The notes under the pieces were generated by a model that saw nothing but the letters and a program-made list of their open reading frames with translations, did not search any database and was not told where the DNA came from. 40,431 nt of DNA, from positions 1-40,431 of the forward strand of contig JAHLWZ010000257.1 of NCBI GenBank assembly GCA_020536535.1, in the 5' to 3' direction. The position numbers were made by a program, and so were the translations under genes. Positions 28,855-37,896 of this stretch are shown here, piece by piece (positions within the stretch are counted from its first letter, which is position 1; every line of letters begins with the position of its first letter). This DNA is from Pelomyxa schiedti. Taxonomy: Eukaryota; Protista; Evosea.

Positions 28855-29394
28855 ATGTCGCTGGGCGGATCGTCGTCGTTTATTATCAGCCAGTTTCGCC
28901 CTATGTTTGACCGTGTCCTAGTTCGGAAACTAGAGCCCACAACAACAAAACAAGTTGGTCACATTGTTTTGCCGGACACTGCTCAGGTTGGCTTTTTGTA
29001 TAATATACGTGTATATAATACTAGACGTACTTATATTTTTTATTCTCTTTGCGTAGGAGTCACTGCAACAAGGAGTAGTTGTTGCTGTTGGTTCCGGTCA
29101 TAAACCCAAGTAAACAATTCTACGTTCTATCGGTATGAGAGCGACTTATTTATCACAGGGATGGTGGGAAGTCTGCACCAATGACTGTGAAAAAAGGTGA
29201 CAAAGTTCTACTCTCTGAATATGGTGGTCAGTCATTCAAGGTACGACAACTCTACTTCATTCCGGCCTTCCTTCTTGTTACAAATAAACCATTCATTCAT
29301 TCACCAACAAACAAAGGTTGATAATGACAAATACGGCATCTACAAAGAAGACGACATTCTATGCGTGATTGGTGACAATCTCTATGACTCATAG
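28855..29394 (+). CDS. HSPE1: 10 kDa chaperonin (cpn10/Hsp10/GroES-like), 4 exons
   Basis: FRPMFDRVLVRK...GHIVLPDTAQ|ESLQQGVVVAVGSG..|..MTVKKGDKVLLSEYGGQSFK|VDNDKYGIYKEDDILCVI. Confidence 0.95.
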
Positions 29395-29583
29395 ACAACG
29401 CAAGTCCCCGTCTTCTAGAACACGAACATATATATCACAACTCAACAAAACAATCCCAAAATTTTGCCACTCCTTGTGAACAAACCCAAACCCGTACTTA
29501 TTAATTTCCCCCCTTTTTTTTCCTGTCCTGCAGTTACAGTTGTTTGCCTGCGATGATGACTGTGTGAGTCACCATGATGGCTC

Positions 29584-30025
29584 TCATTCCCAGGTCATCT
29601 TGACGATGCCGCGGCCGAGGGAGGTGCCGGACGACGGGTGGTTGATGTTGAACGTGCACATCTCGCCGTCGCGGAGCTCGCCCTCGTAGTGCACCCCAAA
29701 GTTGGACGTGAGGTCGATGCGGTTCCCGCTCACGGTCCCGGCGTAGGTCTTCTTGGCTCCGCCCCCTCCGTCGTTGCTGTTGTGGCCGTGTGCCTCACCG
29801 CTGTCGCTGTCGTACTATTATTGTGGGAGGAGGGGTGAGTTTCGGGGGAAAAAAAACCAAATGAACACGAACAAACGAAGGTGGCACAGACACAACACAA
29901 AGGGAGGAAAAAAAAACCTTGAACTTCATTTCCCAGCCAGGGTCGTTCCAGTTGTCGGTGGTGTTCCATTCGGTGGAGTTGCCCTCGCCCTCGTCGCCAC
30001 CGATGTGAACCTTGACTTTGCCCAT
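29584..30025 (-). CDS. Small (~112 aa) orphan beta-rich protein, tandem copy A, one intron
   Basis: MGKVKVHIGGDEGEGNSTEWNTTDNWNDPGWEMKFK|YDSDSGEAHGHNSNDGGGGAKKTYAGTVSGNRIDLTSNFGVHYEGELRDGEMCTFNINHPSSGTSLGRGIVKMTWE*; exons conserved with copy B while the intron is diverged; strongly GC3-biased codons. Confidence 0.8.
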
Positions 30026-30168
30026 TGTTTTTTTTGTTGTTGTCACAAACGGATTCCGCCTTTTTTTTTAAACTTCGAAAATTCTAGAAAGATTTTGATT
30101 CTTCTACGAAACAAAGTTCACTTTTGTCCTTGATGATCATCAAACGCACAAAATATGCATTTCTTTCA

Positions 30169-30630
30169 TCAGTCGTCGTACTTCATCTTGACGATGCCGC
30201 GGCCGAGGGAGGTGCCAGATGACGGGTGGCTGATGTTGAACGTGCACATCTCGCCGTCGCGGAGCTCGCCCTCGTAGCGCACCCCAAAGTTGGACGTGAG
30301 GTCGATGTTGTTTCCGCTCACGGTCCCGTTGTACGTCTTCTCTACGCCGCCTGCTCCGTCGTTGGTGTTGTGGCCGTGTGCCTCACCGCTGTCGCTGTCG
30401 TACTATTATTGTGGGAGGAGGGGTGAGGGTCAATTTGTTGAGGGAAAAAAAAACCCAAATGAAAACACGTTCGTGGGGAACAAAACGAAGGCAGCGCTGA
30501 CACAAAAAAACAAAAAACGAACCTCGAACTTCATTTCCCAGCCAGAGTTGTTCCAGTTGTCGGTGGTGTTCCATTCGGTGGAGTTGCCCTCGCCCTCGTC
30601 ACCGCCAATGTGAACCTTGACTTTGCCCAT
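30169..30630 (-). CDS. Small (~113 aa) orphan beta-rich protein, tandem copy B, one intron
   Basis: MGKVKVHIGG...WEMKFE|YDSDSGEAHGHNTNDGAGGVEKTYNGTVSGNNIDLTSNFGVRYEGELRDGEMCTFNISHPSSGTSLGRGIVKMKYDD*. Confidence 0.8.
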
Positions 30631-33600
30631 TTGCTCTTGTTGCTCTTTTTTTTTTTGTGTTGTAGTTTATCTCTTTGATGACTGTTTAAAAGGCGCAACC
30701 GGTGTCGGTTAGTTTTCTTTGAACCATCATTCCTGGGACTGAATCAAACCGTTCCGAAACGGGAATTTTTACGGGGTTTTCCTCCAATCTATCCCCCACC
30801 ACGCAGATCCAACCTATCTGGGGCATAGGGCCAGATGATCTGCCTCCTCCCAGATGATCTGGGAGATGAAAAACCAGTAGATGAGATGCATACATGTAAG
30901 TGAAGGTAGTCGCCAGCACAACAAACACAGGAGGAGCGCGGAAGAGTGTGTAATTTGGAAGAGCACCGAGAGGAATACAGGGGTGGCGCCTGTTCCGAAC
31001 ATTACACAGAAAAAAATTTCTGGAAACATCGACGAAACACGAACGACGGAGGCCCGGCCCCTAATTCTTGACAAAGTTGCGAGACAACACGACTTCGGAA
31101 GCACCCAGTCAACAGACCATCATCTTTGTCAAATTCACAAGTGTTTTCGTCCAGTCCATCCACCTCAAAGATCCCCCTGAGAGCGATGTGATGGCTACGA
31201 TATGCCCCAAGAACATTGTGCGCCAGCACCAATTACGCAGTTGCTTTCGCCAGAAGACAAACAACCAAACACACTCATGTGTGCTTGTTTCATTTTTTTG
31301 ACCCTCAGGGGGTTTACAAACCTCTCACACAAGTAAGTCAACAAAGCACAATACATTACTGTGCCTAATGCTCCCCAGATTTGAAGCAAAGCGGAATCTT
31401 CTTTGATTATGAGAACTTTACAAGCATAATTGGTTTGAAATTCTTTGATTCAATCGAATATCTAGAAGCTTTTACCATGTGCATTCATTCAAAACTCTCA
31501 TTGCCAGCCGTCAAACATCTACAATTACAGCCACTCTCTCACTGTAGTACCTCCACCAAAGAGGGTGTGGGCCAACCTTCCCCTCGCACACTACCCTCAT
31601 TAGCGCGGCCTCACACCACCAACACAAGTACATACATCATCCCATCCAAGATACCAATTCAAACTTGTTTCTACTATACCTGTTCAATTTTGACCAAGAC
31701 GCAGGAGTTGCTGATATCTACCAAGCAGTGGATGAGGACCAAGCACTCAGAGGCAAAAAGCCAAAATTGGTGTGAATAATGAGCTGTTAGATAAACCAAA
31801 CTAATTGCACATAGGGAGAAATGGCAGTTGATCCTGCAGGATGCGGTGTTGTGCCGCTGGTCTGCCAAAATCTGACTTTACTCTTTGTTAACTCTCAACA
31901 GGTGAAGGCTACTGCGCCTTCTATGCTCCCCACCCACATTGTTCATCATTACTTACAATGGCAAGGATCCAAATGGAAGTCCTTCACTCATGTACACTCC
32001 TTAACTATTTCCAACCACTAAAACACTCATGGATAACGACATTGGATCCAGACGCCGTCGCCCGCGACCTGTCTTGCGAAGTGGCTTGTAGTAGTAACAC
32101 TATCTACTACAGAAACTCCCTGCATCACCAGGATGTTGAAAGCTCGCTTTCAAACGTGTTTCCGAATGGAAGAGACGTCTCTTGAAGAGAGTGTATCTGA
32201 CATTTCAGAAACGAGAGATTGAGAGAGAGTCTAAACGACGCTCGTAATTTATCGATCTCTGGGCGGCATGTGCTGCGACGTGCGGCCCCGTCTGGTTCAT
32301 GAACACATGCCATGCATGCAAGCAAGACAGGACCCAGCGGGCGGAGCGCGGTAGATGTGACAACGACGATCGATGCTAGCAGCAGCAGCGGCGACCGAAG
32401 AACATTGATTGGGCCTAAGACGGAGGCTCCGAATTGATGCAGGATAACTTTCTGCTCACTGCGAGCGTGTCTTTGCAATCTCAATGCTAGTCGGCATTTC
32501 AAAGAGGAAAAGGGTGGTATGACAAAGCCAAAGCACCAGACCAGTACCCCCGTACAAATTTTCATGTACCCCAAAAGTTAGTTACATTAAGTTAGTTAAT
32601 ATAATTTAATTAACCTTATTAAAATTCAAACAAATATACGTTGGGTCTGTTCCGCCAATAATAAACTTCTCTACCACCACAAAACACCACTTGCCAAACA
32701 CATTAACAGTAGACTCCACGCCCGTTCTGATAAGCTCATCCAAGGTTACCCTTTTTTCATGACATAACTCAGTTCATATACACAGAATAACGGAAATACT
32801 GAGAGCAATGGGTCTTTCAGCAGTACAAGCCTCACCGCCAATCAATACTAACAACAATCTTGTATGGTTAATTTTGCTGGAAGTTTTCTCTAACCATTTA
32901 CAGGTCAATTCTGCACCACAGTGGGAACCGGAGCAGCTTCCTTTATGCTCTCTGTGACAGTATCAAGCAGTTCTGTCAAGGAATAGTATGCATTTTTCCC
33001 AAGCACCATCCATGGACCTGATGCAAAGAGGGAACAACAGATGGCAGGTGGGGCTGTGCTGTGTGCACAAAGGACAGGTGTGAGTGACAAGGCAACGTTG
33101 CTGTGCTACCTTGCTGAGCTTTGGGGGGTTCACTTTGTTTGTTTTGCATTTTCAATTGAGGGTTTTGACACCCTTTTTTGAGTGAGACCCCTTTTTCTCT
33201 CAGACAGTCAAGTCAGGTTAGGTCGACAACCACCATGGTGTGCCCAACAGCAGCAAACACACCCTCCCAGCCAATAGAAAACCCAGCACCTTTTCCCTGT
33301 CACTGGTGTGTACTTTAGCAAGTACACGAGCTTCAGCTCTATGGACACTCTGCGGACTCTGTCCGAATCTCGATTCTCTAGATCCAATGCGGGCTTGATG
33401 GAATTACTGGAATAAGGCAGCGACGATCTTATGAGACATGGAACGCACTAATGTGGACTGCAGCGGTGATTGATTCTGAGGCAATCTCGACTGAGAATTG
33501 GACAACAGTGTGGCTTCGAAGCTAACCGCACCTAACCACACCAAATTAATTATCCTTTTGAACACGTGCAACCCAAGCACGAGAACAAGCAAGAGAACCT

Positions 33601-33775
33601 TTGCACTCTTACTCTCTTTCGTTCTTTTCCCTCTGTGGGGCTTTATTCTCTTCCCACAGAAGCTAACACTGGCTCAGACCCCAACAGGGAGGTGCCTCAT
33701 GATAGGTACCTCACTTACATAAAGTGTCAGATGGGTACTAGTTTTGTAATTAATAGAAATGGTGCAGTTGTTTAG

Positions 33776-33955
33776 AAGGGGGCGATGGGAGTGGAAGCTG
33801 TCACAGCCATGAGGCACAAGGTACCAAAACTGACTTGGTACTTTCGGGGTCCAACGCTCAGCCACGAGTGCAGAGGCGGAGCCACAAGAGGTGGCAGGGC
33901 ATCGCAGGCGTCACGGGGAACGGGCAAAGGGGGCGATGGGAGCGGAAGCTGTCAC
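33776..33955 (+). repeat. Pair of 29-bp direct repeats
   Basis: aagggggcgatgggag[t/c]ggaagctgtcac at 33776-33804 and 33927-33955 (1 mismatch). Confidence 0.85.
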
Positions 33956-34459
33956 TTCACAGCACCACATTGACTCCCCCGCATCCATTCACTATTGCCT
34001 TTGTAATTCACTGATGACTTGATGTGCTCTCACTCTTTCCCTGAACTGACTTCTTTTTGTCTCGTTCTCTGACAAACTGTTTCCTTCAGTGGGAAACTGC
34101 ACCAAAAGAGAACAAAGAGGCACAAAGTATTTTATTCATCTTGGAATGGATGGATACATTTGGGTGTGTTTGTGTTTGTGTTGAGGTTTTTGTATATTTG
34201 TATAGAAATGAGGTGACTTGGTGTGTGTTTATAAAGGATTCCAAAGTCAAGGGAAAGGTCTTGGGTATATCGATGATCTTTATGTGAACTTGATTTCCAA
34301 ACTTGGTAAGTGATGACTCAGCCTCTGAGTGTCCAGTCTTGAGTCTTTCGAGTGTGCCTTGCGCACAGTTTGCCTGTGGGTTCGCAGAATCACACAAAAC
34401 TTAAACAGCCAAAATCAGCACTCCAATCACCAGTGCCAATTTGCCAATAACACACCCTG

Positions 34460-34950
34460 CACCACCTAATGTGCCCACAACAGCAGCAGAAGAAGAATAC
34501 TCAGAGGAGGCAGCACCCGCACCACCACAGCCACATCATCACAAAACAATGCACAAGCCTCTTTCACGTGGCCACCACAGCACAACCCAACAAGCACCGC
34601 CGTCACCTCCTTCACCACGACTTCACAGTAATCCAAAGTAACAGAATGAATAGAATCCCCGCATCACCACTGAAATCCCGGGTGTCAGATCTCCTCCCAT
34701 AATAATCCCGCAGCCGCCGCCGCCGCCGCGTTCCGGGAGCCTGTGCCTGTTGGCCGCGATGCAGGCCACGCAGCACCGCCGCGGCGCTGCGCAGGGCCGC
34801 GTACGAGCCGCCGGCGGCGTCGGCGAGGGTGAGCGCGCGGGAGCACACGAGGGGCAGCAGGGGGAACACCGCCGCCGCGGCCAACAGCGCCACCGCCCGG
34901 CCCCGTCGTCGTCGTCGTACTTGGGGGAGGAGCTCCTCGTCGATTTCAAT
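34460..34950 (-). pseudogene. Degenerate N-terminal fragment of the same helical-repeat family as 4111-5597
   Basis: The minus strand at ~34550-34620 reads VVKEVTAVLVGLCCGGHVKEACALF, against VIKEVAAVLLGLCCGGHVEAARKLF at 4147; adjacent protein-like segments lie in different frames. Confidence 0.7.
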
Positions 34951-34982
34951 CAAGGGGAAATGCAAAGCCAGCACCACGTGCG

Positions 34983-36170
34983 TTGGAATTTGTTCTGCGT
35001 GGCGGTACAGCGACCCACAATTGGGATTTCATCAACCCACACGACGGGTGTGGCCTCAGGGTGACGAGTTTTCCGTTTGTTCACCACTGGAGCCGTTACG
35101 ATCTGTTGCAGTCAACGAGCCCAACCGTGTGGTCTCAATTGATGGCGTTCCTCATGGGCACAAGGTCCTCACTCTCGTTTCCCTCGCGCTCGAGGTCGTC
35201 CTCATCGCCGCCACCACGATCGGCAGTGAAGCTGTTGGCACTGCAGGGCCAATCGCTGGTGTGCTTCATGTGGGACACACTCGCTGAGCTTCTGACCGAG
35301 AGGGTAACTGCTGTGAAGTTTGGGGGCCATTGCCCACAGTGGGAATGCGAGGATCTCTGGTTTGGGCTGTCACCGCTGTGTGGAATCACCTCTGTTGGTG
35401 TGTCCCAGTGCAGGATAAAGATTGGCAGAGGTGATCGGCACACATTTGGTTCCACCAGCAGTGCGATTAACGACCATTGGGGTGTGATTTCGTATCCATC
35501 TACTGATTGGGGACCTGCAACAGTGCATCTGGTGGCAAACCGCACAACTGGCCCTTCTTCTGAGGGGCAGCTGTCTGTTCCACAGTATTGTGGGAGCAAC
35601 ATGGACACAGCTTTCATGTGCTTTGATCAGATGGAGCCAGACCAGATGCTAATGGTGCTTGTTGGTAAATTGCCCACAGTTGTTTTCATGGTTGTTGATG
35701 TGAAGCACTCTGCAACCACTGGTTCACTTGATATCTGCAGTTCAACAGCTTGTATGATTCCTGTGGAGAGACGCTGGGACTCAACACTGATCATGAGGAG
35801 GAGTGGTGGGCACCGCGTTTTTGTTGTGGGGCAAGATAATACAGTGGTGGAGGTAGAGGAGGGCACTGGACTGGTGAGGTACCTTGTTCACAGACCTGTA
35901 CAAACCTCACAGCTGAGTGAGTCCACTTTCTGTTCTTACCAAGGGAATTCATTCCAGATTTGGGATTGCTCCTTTGTGGATACCATTCTTGTGAGAGTGG
36001 TGACATTGCCTGTATGTGGGATGTGTGCCCGAGTTGAAGATGGATTCATTTACATCCTGGGGTGCAGTGCAGTCACAGTTTATGAGGTGCACACTGGCTC
36101 TCCAATCTTCAAGGTGGAAGTTGTGAAGTGGAGTGGTCATCTTGACCCTCTAATTTTTTGTCATTTGTGA
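34983..36170 (+). CDS. Intronless orphan expanded-family protein (predicted beta-rich/propeller-like); start codon uncertain
   Basis: 395-codon ORF with extensive identity to 36304-37674; no in-frame ATG before 35142. Confidence 0.75.
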   Translation: MEFVLRGGTATHNWDFINPHDGCGLRVTSFPFVHHWSRYDLLQSTSPTVWSQLMAFLMGTRSSLSFPSRSRSSSSPPPRSAVKLLALQGQSLVCFMWDTLAELLTERVTAVKFGGHCPQWECEDLWFGLSPLCGITSVGVSQCRIKIGRGDRHTFGSTSSAINDHWGVISYPSTDWGPATVHLVANRTTGPSSEGQLSVPQYCGSNMDTAFMCFDQMEPDQMLMVLVGKLPTVVFMVVDVKHSATTGSLDICSSTACMIPVERRWDSTLIMRRSGGHRVFVVGQDNTVVEVEEGTGLVRYLVHRPVQTSQLSESTFCSYQGNSFQIWDCSFVDTILVRVVTLPVCGMCARVEDGFIYILGCSAVTVYEVHTGSPIFKVEVVKWSGHLDPLIFCHL

Positions 36171-36303
36171 TGCAGAACACCTCTTTTATCTCATCTTCCT
36201 GACCCTGTGTTTTAATGTGGAGCTTTGATACTAAAAAACTAAAAGTTGAAGTCTTTAGGGTACAAGTTTTCACCATAAAAGTTTTGATGTGTAGTCCTTT
36301 CAC

Positions 36304-37674
36304 TTAGGAAGAAAAGTTGACCACAGATGAAAGTGTAAGGGAATGAGGAACAATTTGAAGAGGGAAGTCAAGAGGACCACTCCACTTCTCAAGTTCCAGG
36401 TTGAAGATTGGAGAGCCAGTGTGCACCTCACAAACTGTGACCCCACTGTATCCCACAAGGTAAATGAATCCATCTTCAATTTGAGTGGACATCCCACAGT
36501 CAGGCAACGTCACCACTCTCACCATCCTGGTATCCACAGAGGAGCAATCCCAAATCTGGTATGAACTCCCATTTATGACCTGGAAAACACAGAATGTGGA
36601 CTCACTCAGCCGTGTGGTTTTCACAGCCTTTGGATATTTGCCAATCTCCCTCACCAGTCCAGTGCCTTCCTCCAACTCAGTCACACTGAACATGATGCTC
36701 TCAGAATTGTGAAATCTCACCACCACAAAAACACGGTGCCCACGGCTCCTCCTCATGACCAGTGTTGACCTCAATTCCCATTGCGGTTCCCCTTCTTTCA
36801 CAGGCATAACACAAGTGGTTGAGCTGCAGATGTCAAGTGAAGAAGTGGAAACAGAGTGCTCCACATCAACAACCACACAAACAACAGTGGGCCCAGTTCC
36901 ATTGTGGTCAATAAGCACCATTGACATCTGGCCTGGCTCCATCTGGTCAAAGCACATGTAAACAATACTCAGGTTCATCCCACAATACTGCGGAACAGGC
37001 ACGTCCGCAGCACAAGGGCCGCTCCCCTGCCTCGCTTTCATGTTGAGCAGTCCACATTCCCCATGGCCACTTCCATTGTATGCCTCCACGAGCCACACCC
37101 AGTTCGCAGTCACGTTATTGGGCTCCCGTTCTTGCTCTTCGGGAGCACGCCGGCCATCCACGTACCTGTAGAGGTATCTGAGATTTCGTCTGCTTCGAGA
37201 CACGGCGAGGGAGGTGACATTGTGTCGGCACCGAGTCACGCCGAGGGACGTGATTCCGCACAAGGGCGACAGCCCAAACGTGAGGTACCCACACTCCCAG
37301 GGTAGGTACTTCTTTCCAGTGAGCCTCAGTGCTGTGACCCTCTCGGTCAGAAGCTCGGCGAGTGTGTCCCACATGAAGCACAACAGCGATTGGCCCTGCA
37401 GTGCCAACAACCGCACCGCTGATGAGGACGGAGATTTCGGTCGTGATGAGAATGATGGGAACGAGGACGGCGGGGAGGACCTTGTGCCCATGAGGAACGC
37501 CATCAATTGAGACCACACGGTCGGGCTCGTTGACTTCAACAGATCGTAACGGCTCCAGTTGTGAACAAACGGAAAACTCTTCACTCTGACACCACCGCCA
37601 TCGTTGTCGAGGAAATCCCAATTGTGGGCGGCGCCGCCAACAGTCACCTGCGCTGTTGTCGCGGTTGGTTGCAT
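36304..37674 (-). CDS. Intronless orphan expanded-family protein, paralog of 34983-36170
   Basis: 456-codon ATG ORF; shared blocks WSRYDLL.STSPTVWSQLMAFLMGTRSS, LLALQGQSL.CFMWDTLAELLTERVTA, FGLSPLCGITS, MCFDQMEP, EEGTGLVR, EVHTGSPIF. Confidence 0.85.
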   Translation of the reverse strand: MQPTATTAQVTVGGAAHNWDFLDNDGGGVRVKSFPFVHNWSRYDLLKSTSPTVWSQLMAFLMGTRSSPPSSFPSFSSRPKSPSSSAVRLLALQGQSLLCFMWDTLAELLTERVTALRLTGKKYLPWECGYLTFGLSPLCGITSLGVTRCRHNVTSLAVSRSRRNLRYLYRYVDGRRAPEEQEREPNNVTANWVWLVEAYNGSGHGECGLLNMKARQGSGPCAADVPVPQYCGMNLSIVYMCFDQMEPGQMSMVLIDHNGTGPTVVCVVVDVEHSVSTSSLDICSSTTCVMPVKEGEPQWELRSTLVMRRSRGHRVFVVVRFHNSESIMFSVTELEEGTGLVREIGKYPKAVKTTRLSESTFCVFQVINGSSYQIWDCSSVDTRMVRVVTLPDCGMSTQIEDGFIYLVGYSGVTVCEVHTGSPIFNLELEKWSGPLDFPLQIVPHSLTLSSVVNFSS

Positions 37675-37896
37675 GTCAGAAAGATCGTTCGTTGTAGAAC
37701 AAAATCTAACGAAGGGAAACAGAATCCACAGCCCTACAACGACTGATCAATTTCGGGGAATTACTAATGCTGTCGGTACTAGTACTAGTGCTGCGGTTGT
37801 TGCGAAGTTTGCCTTCTTGTTGGGAAGGATCCGTGGTGCTAGTGTTGGCTCGAGGGAGAAAAGCGATTGTGGGACGGATGATAGTGCCTGGATCTC

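Noticed and set aside
29638-30613. Duplicated hydrophobic plus-strand ORFs (ERAHLAVAELALV...)
   Set aside because: Antisense to the GC3-biased tandem genes; intron signals and ATG/stop positions fit the minus strand
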